Source: Defluviitaleaceae bacterium (GTDB taxonomy: Bacteria > Bacillota > Clostridia > Lachnospirales > WQUN01). Taken from it: 64,000 nt of DNA. The translations under genes were made by a program, and so were the position numbers. The notes beneath the pieces are model-generated. The model ran no database searches and was not told the origin of the DNA. It worked only from the letters and a program-made list of their open reading frames with translations. The DNA lies in the NCBI GenBank assembly GCA_009780585.1, contig WQZS01000014.1, forward strand, positions 227 to 64,226, written 5' to 3'. Below are positions 27,589 through 35,428 of this stretch, piece after piece. Within the stretch, counting starts at the first letter, position 1; each line of letters opens with the position of its first letter.

Positions 27589-29679
27589 TTATTCGTTCCT
27601 CAACGCTTCCAATTCCGCTTTGCGCGCGGTGATGATCTTCGTCTGCACTTCACCGGGGGCTTCGTCATAACGTTCGAACGTCATGGAGAAGGAGCCCCTG
27701 CCTTGGGTCATGGAGCGCAGGTCGATGGGGTACTTAAGCATTTCGTTGTGGGGGGCTTCGGCGGAAATGATTTGATACTTGCCTTCCTTTTCCATGCCGA
27801 GGATACGCCCGCGGCGTTTGTTCATGTCACCCATGATGTCACCGGTGTAGTTATCGGGGATGATGACGGCGATTTTCATAACGGGCTCCAGGATCGTGGG
27901 TTTGGCCTGCATGAAGCCGTCCTTAAACGCGATTTGCGCCGCCATCTTGAAAGCAAGCTCCGAAGAATCCACGGCATGGTACTTACCGTCGTAGAGGATA
28001 GCTTTGACGCCGACTACGGGGTAAGCGGCCACGGGGCCGGCTTTCACGCTTTCGGCGAGGCCCTTATCCACGGCGGGGAAGTATTGCTTAGGTACGTTGC
28101 CGCCGACGACGACTTCTTCGAATATATAAGCCTTTTCCAAATCGCCCGAGGGTTCGAAGCGCATGTCCACGATGCCGTATTGGCCGCCGCCGCCGGTTTG
28201 CTTGACGTATTTACCCTTAACATCCGATTTGCCCTTGATGGTCTCACGGTAAGGCACGAGGGGGGTGATAAGCTCGACTTCCAATTTATAACGCGATTTT
28301 AGGCGGTTGACCATAACGTCCAGTTGGCTGTCGCCGATGCCTGAAATGACGACCTGTTTGGTTTCGCGGTTGACCTCGAAGATGAGGGTCTTGTCTTCTT
28401 CCAGGAGCTTCGAGAACGCGCCGGAGATTTTATCCTCGTCGCCCTTCTTCGTGGTGATGACGGCCATGGACAGCATGGATTCGGGGTATTTGATGGGCGG
28501 TGCCTTTACGATATTCGTCTTTACGCAAAGGGTATCCTGGGTGGCGGTGTCGGCCAGCTTTGCGATCGCGCCGATGTCACCCGCGCGGAGCTCGGAGACC
28601 TCGATTTGGTCCTTGCCCCGCATTACATACAGGAAGCCCACTTTTTCGGGCTTTTCGCTGGCGGCGTTATACAACGGCGTGTCGCGCTTGATCGTACCGG
28701 AAAATACGCGGAATAAACTCAAACGGCCCACAAACGGGTCCGCGATCGTTTTGAACACGAATGCGCACAACGGCCCGCTTGCCGTACAGGAAATATCTAC
28801 CGCTTCGCCCTTGTCATTAACGGTTTTAATTGTCTTCTTTAATTCGGCGGCGGAAGGGAGGATATTAACGAGGAAGTCCAGCAGGGGTGCGGCGCCTACG
28901 CCCGTTGTAGCCACACCGCACAACACGGGGGTAAGGCTGTCGGCGGCGATACCCGCTTTTAAGCCGTTCAGCATTTCCTCGGGGGTGAGGGCTTCGTCGC
29001 CGAAGAATTTTTCCATCAGCTCTTCGTCGGATTCGGCGATAATTTCGACGAGCATTGCGTGGTATTCTTCATATACATCAGCCATATCGGCTGGCACATC
29101 GCAGGGCGCGGTTGTGTTGCCGCTTAACTTGTACGCCTTGCCCGTAAGGTTGTCCACATAACCCGCGAGCTTGCCGCCTTCCTTGAAGGGGAGCATAAGC
29201 GGCACGATGGAATTACCCAATTGCGCGCGCATTTCACCGATAACGCGGTAGAAGTCCGCGTGTTCGTCATCCATGCCGTTTACGAACATGATGCGGGGCA
29301 TACCCTGGGTCTTTTCGCAGGCGATTTCGGTCCCGACCTCGATACCGGCCTTTGCGTTCGCGAAGATGAGCGCGGCGTCGGAGGCGGCAAGGGCTTCGGA
29401 TACCGCCCCGGCGAAGTCGAAATAACCGGGCGTATCGATGAAGTTGATCTTATTATCCAACCATTCTATGGGGATCATGGACGCGCTGACGGAGCCTCTG
29501 CGCCTCTTTTCTTCTTCATCGTAGTCGGATACGGTGTTGCCGTCCTCCACGCGGCCCATACGGCTGGTCACCTTGGTGAGGTGGAGCGCGGCTTCCATCA
29601 GGCTTGTCTTACCGCATCCGCTGTGACCCAGCACCGCCACGTTGCGGATTTCGTTCGCCGAATAAACTTTCATATACAA
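27589..29679 (-). CDS. elongation factor G paralog (EF-G2-type translational GTPase)
   Basis: G motifs GHSGCGKTS and DTPGYFDF, EF-G domains II-V, 696 aa. It is not in the rpsL-rpsG-fusA context, so it is probably not the primary EF-G. Confidence 0.8.
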   Translation of the reverse strand: MYMKVYSANEIRNVAVLGHSGCGKTSLMEAALHLTKVTSRMGRVEDGNTVSDYDEEEKRRRGSVSASMIPIEWLDNKINFIDTPGYFDFAGAVSEALAASDAALIFANAKAGIEVGTEIACEKTQGMPRIMFVNGMDDEHADFYRVIGEMRAQLGNSIVPLMLPFKEGGKLAGYVDNLTGKAYKLSGNTTAPCDVPADMADVYEEYHAMLVEIIAESDEELMEKFFGDEALTPEEMLNGLKAGIAADSLTPVLCGVATTGVGAAPLLDFLVNILPSAAELKKTIKTVNDKGEAVDISCTASGPLCAFVFKTIADPFVGRLSLFRVFSGTIKRDTPLYNAASEKPEKVGFLYVMRGKDQIEVSELRAGDIGAIAKLADTATQDTLCVKTNIVKAPPIKYPESMLSMAVITTKKGDEDKISGAFSKLLEEDKTLIFEVNRETKQVVISGIGDSQLDVMVNRLKSRYKLEVELITPLVPYRETIKGKSDVKGKYVKQTGGGGQYGIVDMRFEPSGDLEKAYIFEEVVVGGNVPKQYFPAVDKGLAESVKAGPVAAYPVVGVKAILYDGKYHAVDSSELAFKMAAQIAFKDGFMQAKPTILEPVMKIAVIIPDNYTGDIMGDMNKRRGRILGMEKEGKYQIISAEAPHNEMLKYPIDLRSMTQGRGSFSMTFERYDEAPGEVQTKIITARKAELEALRNE

Positions 29680-29951
29680 CCTCCGGTATGAAACCCCTTA
29701 GCGAAAGCGTAGGATTTCGTTTAGTTTTTGTTGAATCGTTTGTGTATTTTGCCTAAAGGGCATTATAAAGGGAATAAGTGGGATGTGTCTATATGCATCT
29801 TACGGGGATCATGAATTTATTTTTCGATAACATCGTACGCGGTTTTTTTACCATGCGATTTTATGATCATAACCCGCGCGAAATTATATAGCGCATTTCG
29901 GCGGATAATCCGTTATAATGCGGCGAAAATAAAAAAAAGGGACTGATTAAA

Positions 29952-30575
29952 ATGATGAAGCACATCCCCAACGCGTTGTCCATCGCGCGTATCCTGTTGG
30001 CATTGGCGCTTTTGCCCATTACCTACTTCACCGAAAGCGGAGCCTTGGGCTTGGCTTTTATGATCGTCTACATATCGGCGGGCCTTACCGATATGGTTGA
30101 CGGAAGGATCGCCCGCAAATTCGGCTGGACCTCCAAGATCGGCGCCAACCTCGACGGCAGCGCGGATTATTTCTTTATCGCGGTGGCCTTGGTCACGATC
30201 GTCCCCGCGCTCGATTTCAACCTCCTTTCGTACGGGATCATCATCGGCTTCGTCGCGCTTAAGGTCTTCGGCATGATCGTGGGGTACCTGCACTACGGCC
30301 AATTGATGATGATGCATACCCGCTTGTCGAAGTTCGGCGCGTTCGCGGCGTTTTTGTTCCCGATCGTCTATGTGCTGATCGACCATTTCGCGGCGGCGGG
30401 CGTAAACGAAAATACGGTCTTTATCTTCCTGGGCGCGTACGTTTATACCTTTTTGCTGGAGGAAATCGCGATCAACGTCACCATGCCCTACCCCAAGCGC
30501 GATATCAGCGGGATATTCGAGGCGCTGCGGTTAAGGAAGGAAGATAAGGAACGCAAGGAAAAGGACGCGAAGTAA
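29952..30575 (+). CDS. CDP-alcohol phosphatidyltransferase family protein
   Basis: DMVDGRIARKF...GANLDGSAD matches the D-x2-DG-x2-AR...G-x3-D-x3-D signature. Confidence 0.8.
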   Translation: MMKHIPNALSIARILLALALLPITYFTESGALGLAFMIVYISAGLTDMVDGRIARKFGWTSKIGANLDGSADYFFIAVALVTIVPALDFNLLSYGIIIGFVALKVFGMIVGYLHYGQLMMMHTRLSKFGAFAAFLFPIVYVLIDHFAAAGVNENTVFIFLGAYVYTFLLEEIAINVTMPYPKRDISGIFEALRLRKEDKERKEKDAK

Positions 30576-30650
30576 AATCCCCCGTTTGCGTACCATTGGA
30601 AGAATATGTTATACTTCCCGCCACACCATTAACCGAAAGCTGGTTATCAC

Positions 30651-31265
30651 ATGCACGATTTCGAACCCAAGACACCGCGTGACGTTATCGCTCTTGCCAC
30701 GGAAGGCGCGCCCGACCCGCCCCCCGACATAAAAAGGGAGCTTATCGCGGAGGCGTTGAGCTGGGCAAAGGTGATCGTATTCGCGGTGGCCTTCGCGCTG
30801 GCGATCAACTTCTTCGTGATCGTAAACGCGTCTGTCCCCACCGGCAGTATGGAAAGCACGATCCGCGTCAACGACCGCATCATCGCGTTTCGTCTGTCGT
30901 ATATGTTTAATGACCCGGAGCGTTATGACATCATCGTCTTCCGTGCGCCCGACGACGGCGTCAAGAACGTGAAGCGCATCATCGCCCTGCCCGGCGAACG
31001 GGTGAGCTTGGCGGACGGCATCGTGTACATCAACGGCGTCGCGCTCGAACGCGACGATTTTATTACGCCCGGGCCCTTCGGTTACCTCGGCCCCAATTTC
31101 GCGGAGCATGTCGTACCGGACGGGCATTTCTTCGTTATGGGTGACAGCCGCGGTAATTCGCGCGATTCACGCGATTGGGCGAACCCTTTCGTGGAGCAAA
31201 ACCGTATATTGGGCAAGGTGATATTCCGTTACTTCCCGGGGTTTAGGAACCTAACCAACAGTTAA
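30651..31265 (+). CDS. lepB: signal peptidase I
   Basis: SMESTI (catalytic Ser), RIIALPGE and GDSRGNSRDSR boxes. Confidence 0.88.
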   Translation: MHDFEPKTPRDVIALATEGAPDPPPDIKRELIAEALSWAKVIVFAVAFALAINFFVIVNASVPTGSMESTIRVNDRIIAFRLSYMFNDPERYDIIVFRAPDDGVKNVKRIIALPGERVSLADGIVYINGVALERDDFITPGPFGYLGPNFAEHVVPDGHFFVMGDSRGNSRDSRDWANPFVEQNRILGKVIFRYFPGFRNLTNS

Positions 31266-31302
31266 TAATTAAGGGACGGAGTCCCATAAGGAGAGGTACG
31301 CA

Positions 31303-31512
31303 ATGGCAAAAGCGACGAAAGACATGATTATCGCGGATATCTTAAAATTAGGGGAAGACCTCGCACCGATCTTCATGCGCGCGGGCTTGCGCTGCGCGGG
31401 ATGCCCTTCGGCCCAGCGCGAAACGCTGGAAGACGCGGGCGTGGGCCACGGCGTGGACGTGGACGCGCTGATAAACGAAATCAACGCCCATTTGGAGGCG
31501 CAAGGGGCATAA
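31303..31512 (+). CDS. DUF1858 (hybrid-cluster-protein-associated redox disulfide) domain protein
   Basis: 69 aa with the CAGCP motif (GLRCAGCPSAQRETLEDA). Confidence 0.65.
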   Translation: MAKATKDMIIADILKLGEDLAPIFMRAGLRCAGCPSAQRETLEDAGVGHGVDVDALINEINAHLEAQGA

Positions 31513-31518
31513 AAACGC

Positions 31519-32928
31519 ATGTATAGGATCATTGCCCTACTTATCGGCTACGCCTTCGGGTGTTTGCAGAACGGTTACTATTTGTCCAAAAAAACCGCGG
31601 GCATCGACATACGCGACTACGGCTCGGGTGGCGCGGGTATGACCAACGTTACGCGCATACTGGGCACAAAACTCGGCGCGATTGTGCTGGCCGCCGACAT
31701 GGCGAAAGCGGCGGCGGCTTTTCTGCTGGCCTCATGGATATTCAATGGGGCTTTATTTGGTTGGCAGGGGGATTTGCATCCCGGCTTGTACGCGGGCTTG
31801 GGGGTCGTGCTGGGGCATGACTTCCCTTTTTATATGCGCTTCCGCGGCGGGAAGGGCGTAGCCTCCACGCTGGGCCTTATTCTTATGTTGGATTGGCGGA
31901 TTGCGCTGATTGTTTACGCCGTCATCCTCGCCATTGCGTTGATTATCAAGTACATTTCCGTAGCTTCACTCCTTATGTCGCTGCTGATCCCCGCGTTACT
32001 CGCCGTTTTCGGGCACGGTTGGGAAGTTATAACCGTCACTTCCTTCCTGGGCGCGTTGGCGTGGTTTATGCACCGGGGTAATATTTCCCGATTGATTAAA
32101 GGCACGGAGAGTAAGTTTTCCTTTTCCGGCGGTAAGCGTATGCCCGCTTCCAAAACCGTTTTTCCGCCACCCTTAACCCTCGATGACGAACTCCCAACCC
32201 CAAACTCCGGTAAATCATTGGAAATCGAAGCTAACGGGCAAATCTACGCCCGCATCCCCATCCGCACCCACGTCATTACCCAAGACGACGACGCGGCGGA
32301 TGTTTTTATCCCTTACCTCGCACCCCACGTACGCGAAGGCGACATCGTCTTTATTTCCGAACGCGCGGTAGCCTGCACACAATCCCGCGCTATCCCCATG
32401 CGTGACATCAAACCCCGCCGCTTGGCGGTTTTCCTCTCCCGTTATGTACAAAAAACACCCCACGGAATCGGCCTCGGCATCCCCGAAACCATGGAGATGG
32501 CCCTGCGTGAATGTGGGGTTATTTGCATCCTTTTTGCGGCGTTTGTATCCGCTGTCGGCAAGCTGTTCGGCAGCAAGGGCTGGTTCTACCGTGTTGCGGG
32601 GCCCAAAGCGCGGGGTATTGACGGCCCTTGCGATAATACCCTCCCCCCATATAACGAATACGTCGTTCTTGCACCCGACAAACCCGTGCGGGTTACGCAA
32701 ACCATCGCCGAAAGTATTTGCGTACACGTCGCTATCGTGGATGCCAACGATTTGGGCGTAAACCTGTTGGGCGCGTCCGACCCTAAACTGCGCGAATCAT
32801 TTCTTGCGGCGGTATTGCGCGACAACCCTTTGGGACAGTCGTCGGAACAAACGCCGTGCGGGATTATACGGGTGTCGCCGCAGGGTGCGGGGGAAGGTTC
32901 CAACGCCGCGCTTAACGAAATCGGGTGA
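31519..32928 (+). CDS. plsY: fusion protein: glycerol-3-phosphate acyltransferase PlsY + C-terminal F420-0:gamma-glutamyl ligase-like (CofE-fold) domain
   Basis: N-terminal 200 aa carry PlsY motifs (GSGGAGMTNV, GHDFPFYMRFRGGKGVA). The C-terminal 260 aa carry REGDIVFISERAVACTQSRA and VDANDLG, resembling the F420_ligase family. The last ~17 codons and the stop codon lie inside hairpin repeat LH-A. Confidence 0.6.
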   Translation: MYRIIALLIGYAFGCLQNGYYLSKKTAGIDIRDYGSGGAGMTNVTRILGTKLGAIVLAADMAKAAAAFLLASWIFNGALFGWQGDLHPGLYAGLGVVLGHDFPFYMRFRGGKGVASTLGLILMLDWRIALIVYAVILAIALIIKYISVASLLMSLLIPALLAVFGHGWEVITVTSFLGALAWFMHRGNISRLIKGTESKFSFSGGKRMPASKTVFPPPLTLDDELPTPNSGKSLEIEANGQIYARIPIRTHVITQDDDAADVFIPYLAPHVREGDIVFISERAVACTQSRAIPMRDIKPRRLAVFLSRYVQKTPHGIGLGIPETMEMALRECGVICILFAAFVSAVGKLFGSKGWFYRVAGPKARGIDGPCDNTLPPYNEYVVLAPDKPVRVTQTIAESICVHVAIVDANDLGVNLLGASDPKLRESFLAAVLRDNPLGQSSEQTPCGIIRVSPQGAGEGSNAALNEIG

Positions 32929-33058
32929 TGATCGGCTCCGTTCGCGTAGTGCTTGCGTAGGTTGCAAGCACCCTACGCCAAGCACGTAACGCTCGCGTTC
33001 GCCGCTAATCATCCGATTTCGTAGGCGCGGTTTATGGAACTTCCCCCGCACTCTGCGG
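32878..33058 (-). repeat. long hairpin repeat LH-A (181 bp), inverted relative to LH-B/LH-C
   Basis: Terminal arms CCGCAGGGTGCGGGGGAAGGTTCCA and TGGAACTTCCCCCGCACTCTGCGG. Internal blocks CGAAATCGGGTGAT and ATCATCCGATTTCG, CGGCTCCG, and central GGTTGCAAGCACC. Orientation was set by the asymmetric GCGGCGAACG versus CGGAGCCGA blocks. Confidence 0.9.
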
Positions 33059-33144
33059 ACGCGCAACATAAAAATTCAACCAATCCGGAATTGTAAATAT
33101 TTAAGCATTCATGAATGCAAGTATTATTTATTAGAGGAAAAATC

Positions 33145-33771
33145 ATGAAAAAAATCAAACCCTCGAATGAAAATGAGATGGTTTATGAGTTTCTTAAAAT
33201 GGAATTCGATTCCGACCGATTCAAAAAACAAATAGAAACCGTATTGGAAAAAATGTGTATCACTAAGGATATTATTACGAATGGCAATATCATGTGTGAA
33301 AAAGAAAATACCTTAAGAATAAAAATATTAAAACGCTTCAGAGGGTACAAAGACGAAGAACTGTTTGAAAACTTCCCGACAAATGTTGAATGGATATGGA
33401 CTGAATTTGAAAGGGAAGACCTTCCGAAAATCATATATATAGAATACAGCTATTGGAATGAACTTTCCAATTATACGGGTTCGCCCCTCGAAGCGGCTAA
33501 GACGATTTTATCCGGGAAAACCATTTATGATGTACCGAACGACAGCGCGATTGAGGGCGCGAAAAAACTAAGGGAAGGGCATAAATTCCCTCCAATGATA
33601 TTTTTAATGGATGAAAGCGAAAAACGTTATTTAATCCTCGAAGGGCATGGCAGGATGACCGCATACGGGCTTGCATCCGATTTATTTCAAAATGTATCGG
33701 TTCTGCTTGGGTATTGCGATAGTGAAGAATTGGGTAAATGGTACGGTGAAATGCCGAAGCGCCCAAAATAA
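33145..33771 (+). CDS. hypothetical protein (208 aa) with a possible ParB/Srx-like motif near the C-terminus
   Basis: AT-rich ORF with an AGAGGA RBS before ATG 33145. I recognise no family. LILEGHGRMTAYG loosely resembles the ParB/sulfiredoxin (D/E)GxHR..A motif. Confidence 0.55.
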   Translation: MKKIKPSNENEMVYEFLKMEFDSDRFKKQIETVLEKMCITKDIITNGNIMCEKENTLRIKILKRFRGYKDEELFENFPTNVEWIWTEFEREDLPKIIYIEYSYWNELSNYTGSPLEAAKTILSGKTIYDVPNDSAIEGAKKLREGHKFPPMIFLMDESEKRYLILEGHGRMTAYGLASDLFQNVSVLLGYCDSEELGKWYGEMPKRPK

Positions 33772-33782
33772 AGAGGTGGTTT

Positions 33783-34619
33783 ATGGTTACGCAATATCTT
33801 GATGGAATAAAAATAAATTTAAAAAGTCCGTTTAATTTAGATTTTATTAATAATTATGGTCATGTTTTTAAAGTGTTTGACACACAATCTTCGGGAAATT
33901 TATGTTTCGGTGTGGAAAAAGCAGGAAAGCGATATTTTCTTAAATTCGCGGGCGCGGACACATTGGACTATTCCGACACACTCGTTATCGAAGATGCAAT
34001 AACAAGACTTAAATTTACGGTACCAAAATATAAGGATTTATATCACCCGTTGTTGATTAATCAAATAGACGCAGACGAAATCGGCGGTGGGTTCATAACC
34101 GTTTTTGATTGGTTTGATGGGGAAAGCTGCGGTTATCCTCAAAAAGAAGCGTGTAAAAGGTTTATGGCGCTTCCGGACAAAGAAAAACTGCGCGTATATG
34201 ACGGTATACTTGAATTCCATGCTCACGTAGCCGAACGCGGTTATGTGGCGATAGATTTTAACGACCAGGCTACATTATATAATTTTACCAACGGAAATTT
34301 CGCCATTTGTGATATCGATTTTTATGCAAAACAATGTTATATGTGCCACATGGGTGCGGTGTGGGGCGATCCTTCGCTTAAATCGCCCGAAGAAAACAGA
34401 ATCGGCGGCGTAATTGATGAAATAAGTAATGTTTATGCAATGGGAGCTACAGCGTTCGTATTTTTCGCAGAAGACGATAAAAATTCACGTACAAAGTGGT
34501 CTTTAAGTACCTATTCATATGAAGTCGCAAAAAAATCCGTTAGCGAACAGCGAAGTCAAAGACAACAATCAATCCGCAACTATATAAACGAGTGGAATAA
34601 TGCGAAAAGCTGCCGATAA
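33783..34619 (+). CDS. eukaryotic-like protein kinase-fold protein
   Basis: AGAGGTGG RBS. Motif order is YFLKFAG (VAIK-like Lys), HAHVAERGYVAIDFNDQATLYN (catalytic-loop-like), ICDIDF (DFG-like), KSPEE (APE-like) and DEISNVYAMGATAF. Confidence 0.55.
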   Translation: MVTQYLDGIKINLKSPFNLDFINNYGHVFKVFDTQSSGNLCFGVEKAGKRYFLKFAGADTLDYSDTLVIEDAITRLKFTVPKYKDLYHPLLINQIDADEIGGGFITVFDWFDGESCGYPQKEACKRFMALPDKEKLRVYDGILEFHAHVAERGYVAIDFNDQATLYNFTNGNFAICDIDFYAKQCYMCHMGAVWGDPSLKSPEENRIGGVIDEISNVYAMGATAFVFFAEDDKNSRTKWSLSTYSYEVAKKSVSEQRSQRQQSIRNYINEWNNAKSCR

Positions 34620-34645
34620 TAAACATTAATCGCAGGAGGAAAAGA

Positions 34646-35128
34646 ATGAACAGAATTGATATAGTGAGGGAAGCTATTACCGATTTGTTGTTTGAAAGAA
34701 TAAACATAAGGAACAGGTTAATCACGCATACTCATTTAACCGGCGTTGCCTTGCTGTGTGGGTTGATAGCTAAAAAAAGAGGAGCAAACATAGAACTGGC
34801 GGTAATGACAGGATTACTGCATGATTTATACAGCTTTATTACTGAAGGCGTTCAACCCCTTGAAGATAAGATTGCGAAGTCAAATAAAGATGCAGATGTA
34901 GCCCGCGAAATTTTAGACAGGCTCAATATTACAACAACCGATGAAACCGTTATTATTTGCAATGCTGTATGCTATAGAGGCACAGGCGAGTATTCGGAAT
35001 TAGGTCAAATTTTACTTGATGCAAATTTACTCCAACACGCCTATCACAACCCGCTTTTACCAATAAAGTATGGAGAAACAAGGGTTGTTGAACTGCTGGT
35101 TGAATTTGGAATCAGCAACACAGAGTAG
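34646..35128 (+). CDS. HD-domain phosphohydrolase (small, single domain)
   Basis: AGGAGG RBS. THTHLTGVALLCGLIA...LLHDLYSF provides the H...HD metal-binding signature. Confidence 0.6.
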   Translation: MNRIDIVREAITDLLFERINIRNRLITHTHLTGVALLCGLIAKKRGANIELAVMTGLLHDLYSFITEGVQPLEDKIAKSNKDADVAREILDRLNITTTDETVIICNAVCYRGTGEYSELGQILLDANLLQHAYHNPLLPIKYGETRVVELLVEFGISNTE

Positions 35129-35179
35129 GCACTATTTTCGTTACACAATATCACGCTATCCCCTGTCTTGCGGGCAGCA

Positions 35180-35364
35180 GTACGGGGAAGGTTCCATAAG
35201 CCGCGTCTACGAAATCGGGTGATTAGCGGCGAACGGCGGGCTTATGTGCTTGGCGTCGGGTGCTTGCAACCGACGCAAGCACTTGCCCGACGGAGCCGAT
35301 CATCACCCGATTTCGTTCAACGCGGCGTTGGAATCTTCCCCGTACGGGGCTCTTCCCCGTACGG
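35180..35364 (+). repeat. long hairpin repeat LH-B (166-bp hairpin + 19-bp duplicated terminal arm)
   Basis: GTACGGGGAAGGTTCCA and TGGAATCTTCCCCGTAC terminal stem. Blocks CTACGAAATCGGGTGAT and ATCACCCGATTTCGT, GCGGCGAACG and CGGAGCCGA. CTTCCCCGTACGG is repeated at the 3' end. Confidence 0.9.
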
Positions 35365-35428
35365 AGCGTGAACACGGACATTTGAAACGATCATACGGGG
35401 TTTAAATCATGTTTAACAGGAGCATCTT

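Noticed and set aside
32878-35364. Idea that the hairpin repeats are integron attC sites flanking a gene cassette.
   Set aside because: There is no integrase in the window and no GTTRRRY / RYYYAAC core sites at the hairpin bases. The two copies are inverted rather than direct, and the enclosed block is a three-gene operon with its own RBSs rather than single promoterless cassettes.
35168-35371. Track ORFs 32797..33069 (-), 35168..35371 (+) and 49508..49717 (+) encode mutually similar peptides (..HKPRLRNRVISGER..).
   Set aside because: They coincide exactly with the three copies of the long hairpin repeat. The peptide similarity merely reflects repeated DNA. They have no RBS and a palindromic composition, so I treat them as non-coding.
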